DNA from: Bacteroidales bacterium
Lineage (GTDB): Bacteria; Bacteroidota; Bacteroidia; Bacteroidales; JAAUTT01
Reading direction: 5' to 3'
NCBI GenBank assembly: GCA_038320545.1
Contig: JBBQEI010000004.1
Location: 75,613-139,612, forward strand
Length of the DNA: 64,000 nucleotides
Numbering within the stretch: position 1 is the stretch's first letter; the number at the start of each line of letters is the position of its first letter. Under the pieces are notes generated by a model. It saw nothing but the letters and a program-made list of their open reading frames with translations. It had not been told where the DNA came from and ran no database searches. Below, one piece after another: positions 9,881 to 18,821 of this stretch. The position numbers and the translations under genes are program-made.

Positions 9881-10474
9881 TGGCTGAGTAGCCTGCTTAA
9901 TATCTTCTTCACTTATTATTTTATGCAATATCGCATAAATAGTCAGCCCCGGCACAGATTTTATTCCTAATTTACCCGTAATATTTTTTCGGTGAGCTAT
10001 CACTGTATGAGGGCTAATAAATAGTCTGTCGGCAATTTCTTTGTTTGTATAACCTAAAACTAACTCGCGCATTATAATTTTTTCCCTGTCGCTTAATGTT
10101 TCTGCCAGCTCTCCCTTTTTTCCACTATCTTTTAAACTCTTGAAAACTTTTAGGAATTGGTTTTGTATATGATTTTTAGATTGTAATATATCCAAAACTT
10201 CATAAGCACCAGTGAATTCATTTGGTAGTTCGCCATATTTAATAATAATAACCCTTGTGCTTTTGTTCCAGGCTGAAGGGAAGCTGTTAATTATTCCTGA
10301 AAAATCATCAGGAGATACTATTATTATCTGTTTTTCAGCTTTATTTTGGGATTTTATAATAATATCAGCTTGCTTAATTTCTTCATGTCGAAACTCCAAA
10401 TTGAGGTTTTGCATAATAGAAATCAAACCTTTACGAATGACGTAAGATTTAACAGCAAATAATATAGTAATCAC
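9857..10474 (-). CDS. LuxR-family HTH regulator with a degenerate receiver-like N-terminal domain
   Basis: The C-terminal LSDREKIIMRELVLGYTNKEIADRLFISPHTVIAHRKNITGKLGIKS is a LuxR/GerE HTH. The N-terminus has receiver-like spacing but lacks the acidic DD pocket (ILFAVKSYVIRKGL). Confidence 0.75.
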   Translation of the reverse strand: MITILFAVKSYVIRKGLISIMQNLNLEFRHEEIKQADIIIKSQNKAEKQIIIVSPDDFSGIINSFPSAWNKSTRVIIIKYGELPNEFTGAYEVLDILQSKNHIQNQFLKVFKSLKDSGKKGELAETLSDREKIIMRELVLGYTNKEIADRLFISPHTVIAHRKNITGKLGIKSVPGLTIYAILHKIISEEDIKQATQPSDSDPHK

Positions 10475-11214
10475 CTGGTATAATTTTTCAATTTCTCCTT
10501 TAGTTCCTTTTCCATACTTAACGCCTTAGGTATTAGTACTTTTTCTTCAATTCGGGAGTGATAGTTTAAATCATTTTCTAAAGCAAATATTTCGAAAAGA
10601 AGTTTATTACAGGCATACATATCCGATGGTTGTGGTAGATATTTTATGATAAGGTTTTGTAAATCAGTAAGTTTTTCTTCAACATCGTCGTGTGTGTTTT
10701 TATATTGCTCAATGGAATAATTTTTGAATATTTGAACCATATCGTTTGATTGTTCTTTTTCAGTTTGGCTATTTTCTAACCAATAAACGTATGGGAAAAC
10801 CGACTTTTCTTCCTTATCGATATGTCGTGTAAGCTGGCCTTTATATTCGGAGAAAAAACTTATTATAAGGCCAATAGTTTTTTCATCTTTATAACAGATT
10901 TTTATTGTTTGGGTTAACAGAAGTTCAAGTTCCGGAAGTTTCTTTTCTATATAATAAAAATGGGTACTACGCAAATATTGAAGTATGATTTGTACGGGAT
11001 ATCGCTGTAATTGTTTTTGAGGAAAATAATCTTTATAATGATAGGTGTTGGCTATATCTAAAAAAAAATTAACATCTATCTGGTGTTTTTTGCAAACTTC
11101 TTCCACGGTAGCATCTGCAAAGCCCAGGTTTATTCCAAATCGGTTTAGTACATTTAACAGCAAGTAATCAAGATGAACCAGATCGGCCATCTTCATATTT
11201 TTTTGCAGGTACAT
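10471..11214 (-). CDS. Hemerythrin-like / RIC (ScdA/YtfE)-like di-iron protein
   Basis: The N-terminus resembles the ScdA_N domain (MADLVHLDYLLLNVLNRFGINLGFADATVEEVCKKHQIDVNFFLDI). It is followed by two H...E...(F/I)P helices (HIDKEEKSVFPYV and HSRIEEKVLIPKA). Its end overlaps the LuxR gene by 4 nt. Confidence 0.5.
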   Translation of the reverse strand: MYLQKNMKMADLVHLDYLLLNVLNRFGINLGFADATVEEVCKKHQIDVNFFLDIANTYHYKDYFPQKQLQRYPVQIILQYLRSTHFYYIEKKLPELELLLTQTIKICYKDEKTIGLIISFFSEYKGQLTRHIDKEEKSVFPYVYWLENSQTEKEQSNDMVQIFKNYSIEQYKNTHDDVEEKLTDLQNLIIKYLPQPSDMYACNKLLFEIFALENDLNYHSRIEEKVLIPKALSMEKELKEKLKNYTR

Positions 11215-11219
11215 AATTT

Positions 11220-11744
11220 TTATTTTTCAGGTTCAGGACGAAGCACCAATTCCGGAGTTTCTTCAACATTGCTTTTGTTTTGAGCTCTGTCGACTATAAA
11301 GAATTCGTATTTGATTGTATCGTAGTTAATAACATAATATTCGAGATTAACAGCAACAGTGCCTTTTAGAGTTTTGTCCTGACCTTCCCGTCTCATTGCT
11401 TCAGTAAAATAAACCGGATAGTAAGGTTTGCTCTTTAAATTTGTATCCTGAATAAATGCTCCGTTTATTTTCTGGTAAAATTTGAAATATAAATTATAGA
11501 GTTTGGTCGTATCTGTTTCTCCCGAATCAGGTTCAAATAATCCAAAGTCACCATCACCATCAACAAAGGTAAAAGAAAGTGTACCCAGCCTGATTGCCTC
11601 CCCTTCGATTAATGTAGTATCTCGTACCCAGAAATTTTTGTATTTGATTTGTGGAGTTGCAGGGTAACTTTGAATTTTTTCACATCCTGCAAAGAATGAT
11701 GAAAAAAACAACACCATAATCCCGATTGATAACAAATACTTCAT
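11220..11744 (-). CDS. Lipoprotein, function unknown
   Basis: Signal peptide with a lipobox-like FFAGC. 174-aa ORF in the same orientation as the neighbouring genes. Confidence 0.55.
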   Translation of the reverse strand: MKYLLSIGIMVLFFSSFFAGCEKIQSYPATPQIKYKNFWVRDTTLIEGEAIRLGTLSFTFVDGDGDFGLFEPDSGETDTTKLYNLYFKFYQKINGAFIQDTNLKSKPYYPVYFTEAMRREGQDKTLKGTVAVNLEYYVINYDTIKYEFFIVDRAQNKSNVEETPELVLRPEPEK

Positions 11745-11823
11745 TGTGAGGATTTATAAAGCAATTAACAGCTAAAATTAATGAATGTTTTGTTTTCAGT
11801 CACTCAAATTTGGTGCATTTTTT

Positions 11824-13131
11824 TTATTTCTGACGGAAAAATACCTGAATTGGATTACCGGTAAACTTAAAGTGTTCCCTTAACCTGTTTTCAAGGAAGC
11901 GTTTATAAGAATCTTTTACATATTGTGGCATGTTGCAAAAGAATGCAAACGAAGGAAAATTAGTAGGCAACTGTGTCACATACTTAATTTTTATTTGCTT
12001 ACCTTTTGTTGCAGGAGGCTCATTTGCTTCTATTTCTTTCAGCATAATCTCATTTAATTGAGAAGTGCTGATACGCCTTTTACGATTTTCGAATACCTCA
12101 ATGGCTGTTTCAAGAACTTTTTGAATACGAAGTTTAGTCATTGCCGAAATAAAAATGACAGGAACATCGGTAAATGGGGCAATTTTCCTGAAGATATTTT
12201 CTGTATAAATTTTAGTACTGTGGGTATCTTTTTCAACTAAGTCCCATTTATTGACAAGAATCACCAAACCTTTATTGTTACGTTGAATCAGACGCAAAAT
12301 ATTCACATCCTGTGCTTCCATGGGTTGAGTGGCATCAATCATCAATAAACAAACATCCGAATGCTCAATTGTCCTGATAGCACGCATTACAGAATAAAAT
12401 TCCAGGTTCTCTGTAACTTTACCTTTTTTACGCAAACCAGCGGTGTCGATCAAAAAGAAATCGAAACCAAATTTATTATAGCGTGAATAAATTGAATCGC
12501 GGGTTGTGCCTGCCAAAGGTGTAACAATGTTTCGCTCTTCACCAAGCAATGCATTGGTAAGGGACGATTTCCCCACGTTTGGTCTACCAACAATGGCAAT
12601 TCTTGGCAATGCAGAAGTATCTTCTTCAACTGGAGGTGCAGGGAGTTTTTTTACCAGTTCATCCAAAAGGTCTCCGGTACCACTGCCGTTCATTGATGAT
12701 ATTGTGAATACTTCGCCCAAACCAAACTTGTAAAATTCACTGGCCTGATATTGAAGCTCAAAAGTATCTACTTTATTTGCCACTAAAATAACCGGCTTTT
12801 TCGATTTTCTCAATAATGCTGCAACAGAGGCATCTAAATCGGTAATTCCACTTCCAATGTCTACTAAAAACAGGATAACATTAGCTTCTTCAACTGCCAA
12901 AACAACTTGTTTGCGTATTTCTTCCTCGAATATATCATCAGAGTTTACTATAAATCCGCCAGTGTCGACCACCGTAAATTCAGCGCCACTCCATTCAGCT
13001 TTTCCATAATGACGATCGCGGGTAACCCCAGCTTGCTCGTCAACAATTGCATCTTTTTGTCCCACCAGACGGTTAAAAAGTGTCGATTTTCCCACGTTAG
13101 GCCGTCCTACAATGGCTACAATATTTCCCAT
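11824..13131 (-). CDS. der: Ribosome-biogenesis GTPase Der (EngA)
   Basis: Two tandem GTPase domains ([14 protein letters not shown] and [14 protein letters not shown], each with DTGG/DTAG and NKVD/NKWD) plus a KH-like C-terminus. Confidence 0.95.
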   Translation of the reverse strand: MGNIVAIVGRPNVGKSTLFNRLVGQKDAIVDEQAGVTRDRHYGKAEWSGAEFTVVDTGGFIVNSDDIFEEEIRKQVVLAVEEANVILFLVDIGSGITDLDASVAALLRKSKKPVILVANKVDTFELQYQASEFYKFGLGEVFTISSMNGSGTGDLLDELVKKLPAPPVEEDTSALPRIAIVGRPNVGKSSLTNALLGEERNIVTPLAGTTRDSIYSRYNKFGFDFFLIDTAGLRKKGKVTENLEFYSVMRAIRTIEHSDVCLLMIDATQPMEAQDVNILRLIQRNNKGLVILVNKWDLVEKDTHSTKIYTENIFRKIAPFTDVPVIFISAMTKLRIQKVLETAIEVFENRKRRISTSQLNEIMLKEIEANEPPATKGKQIKIKYVTQLPTNFPSFAFFCNMPQYVKDSYKRFLENRLREHFKFTGNPIQVFFRQK

Positions 13132-13140
13132 GATTTAATT

Positions 13141-14022
13141 TTAAGATTGATAACCCAGCGAACGTAGTATCCTATCGTTTTCACGCCAGTCTTTTTCTAC
13201 TTTAACAAATACTTCAAGAAAAACTTTTTTTCCAAAAAACTTTTCCATTTCCAACCTGGAGGCGGTTGCAGTCTTTTTGAGTGCTTCACCTTTATTCCCA
13301 ATTACAATCCCCTTCTGGGAATCCCTTTCTATGATGATTACCGCTTGTATTTTTAATATTTTCTCCGAATCCTTAAATGTTTCAATAATAACATGCGACG
13401 AATAAGGAATTTCCTGTTTGTAATTCAGGAATATTTTTTCCCTGATAATCTCCGATGCAAAAAAACGTTCGGTGCGATCGGTAAATTCATCTTTTGGGAA
13501 ATAGGCTTCGTTTTCAGGTAATAACTCAACTATTCTGTTTAAAAATCCTTCAAGGTTGAAATTTTTCAATGCCGAAATAACAAAGATTTCAGCTTTTGGC
13601 AATATTTCTTTCCATTGTTCAACCTTTTCCACTACTGATTCCTGATTAGCCAAATCTACCTTATTAATGGCAAGAATAACAGGCACATCAATTACTGCAA
13701 GTTTCTCAAGATATTCTGAGTTTTTGTCGATGGTTTCGACCATGTCGGTTACATATAGAACGATATCAGCGTCGGAAAGTGCATTCTGAACAACCCCCAC
13801 CATTGTGTTTTGAAGCTTATAATTTGGCTTCAGGATACCAGGAGTGTCAGAATAAATTATCTGGAAATCATCTCCATTCACTATTCCCATTACCCTTTGC
13901 CTTGTAGTTTGTGCTTTCGAAGTAACAATCGAGAGTTTTTCTCCTACCAGTGCATTCATCAGGGTACTCTTCCCCACATTTGGATTCCCAATAATATTTA
14001 CAAAACCTGCTTTATGACTCAT
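13141..14022 (-). CDS. era: GTPase Era
   Basis: [22 protein letters not shown] and a C-terminal KH domain (VIIIERDSQKGIVIGNKGEALK). Lies 9 nt upstream of der. Confidence 0.95.
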   Translation of the reverse strand: MSHKAGFVNIIGNPNVGKSTLMNALVGEKLSIVTSKAQTTRQRVMGIVNGDDFQIIYSDTPGILKPNYKLQNTMVGVVQNALSDADIVLYVTDMVETIDKNSEYLEKLAVIDVPVILAINKVDLANQESVVEKVEQWKEILPKAEIFVISALKNFNLEGFLNRIVELLPENEAYFPKDEFTDRTERFFASEIIREKIFLNYKQEIPYSSHVIIETFKDSEKILKIQAVIIIERDSQKGIVIGNKGEALKKTATASRLEMEKFFGKKVFLEVFVKVEKDWRENDRILRSLGYQS

Positions 14023-14188
14023 TTACTCCTTATTGATTTAAATATCAGAATATCACGATCGATTACCACATTTTTCAGTGAGTAAGCATATCACTTTTAA
14101 TTTATCTGATTTAAAATGAGGTGCAAAGATAATTAAAGTTTTAACAATGAAATGAGAAGATGAGAAGTTGTGAAGAGAGAAGTTAATT

Positions 14189-14260
14189 GAGAATGTGAGA
14201 ATGTGCGAATGTGAGAATGTGCGAATGTGATAATGTGCGAATGTGAGAATGTGAGAATGT
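14189..14260. repeat. Nine tandem copies of an 8-bp unit G(A/C/T)GAATGT
   Basis: Read directly: gagaatgt gagaatgt gcgaatgt gagaatgt gcgaatgt gataatgt gcgaatgt gagaatgt gagaatgt. The array is flanked by GAAGTTAAT on both sides (14179-14187 and 14269-14277). It is intergenic, between the SemiSWEET stop and the era start. Confidence 0.9.
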
Positions 14261-14307
14261 GAATATTCGAAGTTAATGAAGTTATTGGGGGTAGAGAGAA
14301 GGTGAAT

Positions 14308-14583
14308 TTACAAAGCATTTCTGCTTTTGTATTTTAATTTTATAAAGATTTGAATGATCCCAATAATAAGCGCTATAAAATTACAGATAATGATAGGATT
14401 GGAATCGATCATCCATCCATATGCTTCCCAGAGTGTGCAATTGATAATATATACTACCAGCATCGACATAGATATATCATCTACCTTCTTTGTTATGTAA
14501 GATTTATAGGTTTGAGGTACCATGAGAATCGTCCCAAAGAATGCCGCAGCATATCCAATCACACTAACATATATTTCTTGCAT
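14308..14583 (-). CDS. SemiSWEET (PQ-loop) family sugar transporter
   Basis: 91 aa with three hydrophobic helices. TM1 carries the PQ motif (AAFFGTILMVPQTYKSYITKKVDDIS). Size and layout match bacterial SemiSWEETs. Confidence 0.75.
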   Translation of the reverse strand: MQEIYVSVIGYAAAFFGTILMVPQTYKSYITKKVDDISMSMLVVYIINCTLWEAYGWMIDSNPIIICNFIALIIGIIQIFIKLKYKSRNAL

Positions 14584-14906
14584 CGCTTATTACATTTAGC
14601 CATGGCAAAAATAGCATTAATTTATTGTCAGGATATAATCCGGTAAAAATGTTTTATTTGCTTGAAGTAGATACACAGTTTGCCATTGGGCCAATCCTAA
14701 GAACCCGGGACAGCTATTTTTGATAAAATCTTAACTGTTGTCAGTAAAATATTTTAGTTTAGATTTGTTAAACAGGAAGCGGAGACGCTCCAACATTTGC
14801 TATAATTTCTATAGTGAAGTTTGGACATTACATTAGTTCCAAATACAGTATTTAACATCTGACCACCTAATGTGTTATAGTTATAAATTGAGGATATTTT
14901 TTATAC

Positions 14907-14925
14907 ATAACAGCTATGCTGTTAT
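14907..14925. promoter_or_regulatory. Perfect 8-bp inverted repeat (ATAACAGC-TAT-GCTGTTAT) 14 nt upstream of the ppc start
   Basis: Read directly. The reverse complement of ataacagc is gctgttat, with a 3-nt spacer. Confidence 0.3.
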
Positions 14926-14938
14926 TTAAAACTATACA

Positions 14939-17701
14939 ATGGATTTACTAAAACTGCTTAAGGACCAACTTGGAAAGCCTTATTACGACCTTGAATATCT
15001 TTTGAAGTGTTTTCAGGAGGTACTTAAGGAAACAGGTGAGCAAAGACTTGCTGATTCTGTTCCTTGGTTGAACGCGAATTCGGCCAGCGAAAACATCAAC
15101 ATAATAAAGCAATTGCAGGTTTACTCTATAAGCTATCAACTTTTAAATATTGTTGAAGTAAATGGAGCCGTTCAAAACAGGCGTAAAATTGAAGCAACGG
15201 GTTTATCAAAAGTTAATGGATTATGGGCTAATAATCTGGAGATTTTAAAAAATGCAGGGTTCAGCGAAAATGAAATTTTATGCAATCTTGCCAACATCCA
15301 GGTTGAGCCTGTTTTAACAGCACATCCTACAGAAGCCAAAAGGCCTGAAGTGTTGGAACAATATCGCAAGCTGTACCTGCTGATTGTGAAAAAAGAAAAC
15401 AGCATGTATACTCCTGTTGAGCAGGATGAAATCAGAAACGACATCAAACTTATTTTGCATAAACTCTGGTTAATTGGCGAAATTTTTATCGACAAACCTG
15501 ATATCCGGCTGGAGTTGGATAATGTTCTTCATTATTTAAAAAATGTTTTTCCCGAGGCAATATCAATTCTCGATAAAAGATTAATGCAGGCATGGATAGC
15601 GGTGGGGTTTGATCCATCGGGAATCAACTCAACTAATTTTCTTCCACGAATTTCGTTTGGAAACTGGGTTGGTGGCGACCGTGACGGGCATCCGTTAATT
15701 TCGGCTGAAATAACTGGCGAAGCTCTTTCTATCATGCGAATGAATTCGTTTGAACTGATCAAAGCCAAATTGATGTCGCTTTCACGAAATCTCAGCTTTT
15801 ATGTTCCTATGGATAAAGTATCAGAAGAGCTAAAAAGCAAGGCTAAAAATTATTCAAAATTTGCAGGAGATCATCTGGAAGAGATTCAAAACCGTTATCA
15901 GCGTGAAGCCTACCGATTTTTTGTAAATCTGTTGATATACAGGCTTCCTGTCGATTTTAGCCAGGATAAAGTGATTTGGCTGGAGGAACATGAAGGGAGT
16001 TACCGGCATTCGGGTGAACTTATCGATGATTTAATAACTCTTCAAAATGATTTAATTGATTTTGGAGCTTCCCAGGTCGCCTGGAACGATGTTCGCGACC
16101 TTATCCGCTTCATTCAAAGTTTTGGCTTTCACCTGGCAAAACTGGATATCCGCCAGAATAGCCAATTTCACGATTTAGCTATGGACCAGCTTTTGGCTGC
16201 CGCTGGGATGGATATTATTTTTTCAGAACTTTCATTTGAAGAAAGGCGAAAGTTTATATTGGCTGAAATGAATTCACCAAGGCCGTTCACCAATAATTTT
16301 TCAAATCTGCCTTACGAAGCATCATCGGTAATAAGCGTATTTCACGTATTGAAGCAACATATTGAAAAATATACCACAACATCGCTCGGGAATATAATAA
16401 TTAGTATGACACGCGATGCGACAGACCTTCTGTTACCTTACCTTTTTGCCCGGGAAGCAGGAATGCTGGAAATTGAAGAAAAAAATTTTATGATGCCCCT
16501 GCATGTGGTTCCACTATTCGAAACTATTGGCGATCTGGAGCATTCTACCCAAGTGATGGACGATTATTTGTCATTTCCTGTCGTAAAGAAATCGTTGGAA
16601 TTACAACAAAAAAACAGACGCAGAAATTGGCTCCGGCAGGATATCATGATCGGTTACAGCGACAGCAATAAAGATGGTGGAATACTCGCCAGTGCCTGGA
16701 ACCTTTATCTTGCCCAGGAAAAACTCAGGGACATGGCTGTTCGCCAAAATCTTAAAATCAGGTTTTTTCACGGAAAAGGCGGAACGATCAGTCGTGGAGC
16801 CGGACCTATGCATTGGTTTTTGAAAGCACTGCCACAAGGAAGCCTTTCAGGACATATCCGTTTAACTGAACAAGGGGAGATCATTGAAAAAAAATACGCC
16901 AATCTTTTAAATGCTGCTTATAATCTCGAATTATTAGTTTCGGGAACTTTGGCAAATGCCATGATACATGCTTCGCGAAAGGAGTTAAGACCTCATGAAG
17001 GTTCTGATATTCTTGGTTTTCTTTCAGAGCGCAGTGTTGATTTTTACAAAGAACTTACGCGGCATTCATATTTTATGGACTTCTTTTCTCAGGCAACTCC
17101 AATCGATGCCATTGAATCGAGTAAAATTGGCAGTCGTCCGAGCCGTCGCACCGGACAAAGAACGTTGCAGGATTTACGTGCAATTCCCTGGGTATTTAGC
17201 TGGAGCCAGACACGTTTTAATATAACAGGCTGGTATGGCACCGGATCGGCTTTGGAAGAGCTGCATCAGCAGCACCCCGAAAATTTTGACCGTTTGAAGA
17301 AAATGGTAAAATACGATGAGGTGATCAGGTATATTTTTACAAATATTGACACCAGTCTTGCAGCTACCGACGAAAAAATTATGGGCATGTATGCATCATT
17401 GGTTGAAGATGAACAATGTAGGAAAACCATATTTGGAATGATTGTAGCTGAACTTGAGAAGCTTCGGAAAATGATGGGGATTTTGCTTGAAAAACCGATG
17501 GAAGTGCGGCGCAAGAACCATTATTATTCAACCATGTTAAGGGCAGAACCTTTGGAAAAACTGCATCAATACCAAATAACACTCTTACGGCAATGGAGAG
17601 GATTCAAAAAAAACGGATCCACTGCTGAAGGGGATATTACATTGATTGAGCTTTTGAAAAGTATCAATGCCATTGCCAATGCAATAGGAAATACAGGATA
17701 A
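14939..17701 (+). CDS. ppc: Phosphoenolpyruvate carboxylase
   Basis: VLTAHPTEAKR, GYSDSNKDGG, FHGKGGTISRGAGP and the invariant C-terminal ...NTG. Confidence 0.95.
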   Translation: MDLLKLLKDQLGKPYYDLEYLLKCFQEVLKETGEQRLADSVPWLNANSASENINIIKQLQVYSISYQLLNIVEVNGAVQNRRKIEATGLSKVNGLWANNLEILKNAGFSENEILCNLANIQVEPVLTAHPTEAKRPEVLEQYRKLYLLIVKKENSMYTPVEQDEIRNDIKLILHKLWLIGEIFIDKPDIRLELDNVLHYLKNVFPEAISILDKRLMQAWIAVGFDPSGINSTNFLPRISFGNWVGGDRDGHPLISAEITGEALSIMRMNSFELIKAKLMSLSRNLSFYVPMDKVSEELKSKAKNYSKFAGDHLEEIQNRYQREAYRFFVNLLIYRLPVDFSQDKVIWLEEHEGSYRHSGELIDDLITLQNDLIDFGASQVAWNDVRDLIRFIQSFGFHLAKLDIRQNSQFHDLAMDQLLAAAGMDIIFSELSFEERRKFILAEMNSPRPFTNNFSNLPYEASSVISVFHVLKQHIEKYTTTSLGNIIISMTRDATDLLLPYLFAREAGMLEIEEKNFMMPLHVVPLFETIGDLEHSTQVMDDYLSFPVVKKSLELQQKNRRRNWLRQDIMIGYSDSNKDGGILASAWNLYLAQEKLRDMAVRQNLKIRFFHGKGGTISRGAGPMHWFLKALPQGSLSGHIRLTEQGEIIEKKYANLLNAAYNLELLVSGTLANAMIHASRKELRPHEGSDILGFLSERSVDFYKELTRHSYFMDFFSQATPIDAIESSKIGSRPSRRTGQRTLQDLRAIPWVFSWSQTRFNITGWYGTGSALEELHQQHPENFDRLKKMVKYDEVIRYIFTNIDTSLAATDEKIMGMYASLVEDEQCRKTIFGMIVAELEKLRKMMGILLEKPMEVRRKNHYYSTMLRAEPLEKLHQYQITLLRQWRGFKKNGSTAEGDITLIELLKSINAIANAIGNTG

Positions 17702-17789
17702 AAATCGAATCTTATGGCTTAATTTGTAAAAGTAAATCGCTTGAAAAAGTGGTTAAAGCAAAGTATTTAAAAGAATCATAAATAAAAAC

Positions 17790-18494
17790 ATGAATCCACA
17801 TATTAGAAAATATTTCCCTGAAGCAAAGAAATGGTCAGAGGTAACAAACGATTATGTAGAGAGAATTATTTCGGAATCGGCCATTACAAAAGAAAAAATT
17901 TTATATGCCTCCTGTATTTGTCCGGATGAATTAAACTACACAGCCACAAATTTTAATGGGCATTTCCGGCAGGGGTTTTATTTAGGCGGATTGAGCGGTA
18001 TTCCGTATACCGGAAAAACGGGAATGGCAGCTTATGCCAGTCATGTTCCAGCAGATGGGGCTTCGTTTATTTATTTTGGTCCTCATGTCGGAATTAGTAA
18101 TGATGGAAGCATTGGCCATGTAATTAGGGAGCATCAGCATGTGCATACATTTAGTTGTGGTTCGTTAATTTCAGTTCTGGAAAGAATGCGCCGTAATCAT
18201 ATTTTTGACTGGTCGTCGAATAATTTTGAAGATTTGCAGGCCAGGGTAATCGAGAAATTGTTGCACAATCACAACGATCGCATTTTTAGTGCGGAAAGCG
18301 ATGTAATGGAAGCCTTGAGAATATTATATAATGTTAGCGAATGTTTGTTACGACAATTTATAATTGAAAACCGTGCATTATTTGCCTCACCGCATATATT
18401 CCTATTGGGAGGTGTAATCATCAATACCGATTCGGGAGAAGAGAATTATGCTGAAATTTGGTCGTTTGAGCATCTAGATTTAAGAAAAGTGTAA
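17790..18494 (+). CDS. Hypothetical protein, possibly an LCIB-type beta-carbonic-anhydrase-like protein
   Basis: SCICPDELN (Cys44, Asp46), GPHVG (His99) and FSCGS (Cys123) form a Cys/His/Cys pattern with a CxD start. This resembles what I recall of the zinc site of the LCIB/LCIC family. Not verified by a search. Confidence 0.4.
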   Translation: MNPHIRKYFPEAKKWSEVTNDYVERIISESAITKEKILYASCICPDELNYTATNFNGHFRQGFYLGGLSGIPYTGKTGMAAYASHVPADGASFIYFGPHVGISNDGSIGHVIREHQHVHTFSCGSLISVLERMRRNHIFDWSSNNFEDLQARVIEKLLHNHNDRIFSAESDVMEALRILYNVSECLLRQFIIENRALFASPHIFLLGGVIINTDSGEENYAEIWSFEHLDLRKV

Positions 18495-18528
18495 TCCATA
18501 AAGTGCAAAGGGACATTTTATACAGGGA

Positions 18529-18550
18529 ATAGTGCATTATAATACACTAT
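18529..18550. promoter_or_regulatory. 22-bp near-perfect palindrome (candidate HipB operator)
   Basis: ATAGTGCATTA|TAATACACTAT, with 10 of 11 positions self-complementary. It lies 26 nt upstream of the TATTTTTG box. Confidence 0.35.
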
Positions 18551-18575
18551 TTATTATACTTTATAAAATTAATTG

Positions 18576-18583
18576 TATTTTTG
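18576..18583 (+). promoter_or_regulatory. Bacteroidota -7 promoter box (TAnnTTTG)
   Basis: TATTTTTG ends 20 nt upstream of the ATG at 18603. This argues against the TTG start at 18573, which would overlap the box. Confidence 0.35.
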
Positions 18584-18602
18584 CATAAAAAAGAGCCATA
18601 AA

Positions 18603-18821
18603 ATGCACTTTGAAGGATTGATTATAATAATAAAACAACGCAGGGTTGCATTACAAGTCACCCAGGAATCCTTAGCTCAATTATCAGGTGTAGGCTTAAG
18701 AACCTTAAAACAGTTTGAAAGTGGGAAAGGCAATCCAACACTTCAAACACTACAAAAAATAGCAGATGTGTTGGGAATGGAAGTGAGTTTAAAACTTAAA
18801 AATGTAGCCCGTAACAAATGA
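18603..18821 (+). CDS. hipB: XRE-family HTH protein (HipB-like)
   Basis: IIKQRRVALQVTQESLAQLSGVGLRTLKQFESGKGNPTLQTLQKIADVLGMEV is a Cro/C1-type HTH. Its end overlaps the next gene by 4 nt (ATGA). Confidence 0.8.
   Translation: MHFEGLIIIIKQRRVALQVTQESLAQLSGVGLRTLKQFESGKGNPTLQTLQKIADVLGMEVSLKLKNVARNK

Noticed and set aside
14189-14260. Possible CRISPR array
   Set aside because: The units are 8 bp and directly abutting, with no spacers. No cas genes are nearby. It is a microsatellite-type tandem repeat.
14133-14318. 61-aa His/Ser-rich ORF (…FSHSHIITFAHSHIRTFSHS…)
   Set aside because: It is produced by reading through the 8-bp tandem repeat. Because 8 is not a multiple of 3, the peptide just cycles through the three frames of the unit. 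It has no independent coding support.
18573-18602. TTG start extending the HipB-like ORF by 10 codons
   Set aside because: The extension overlaps the TATTTTTG promoter-like box. The ATG at 18603 gives a typical short XRE protein.
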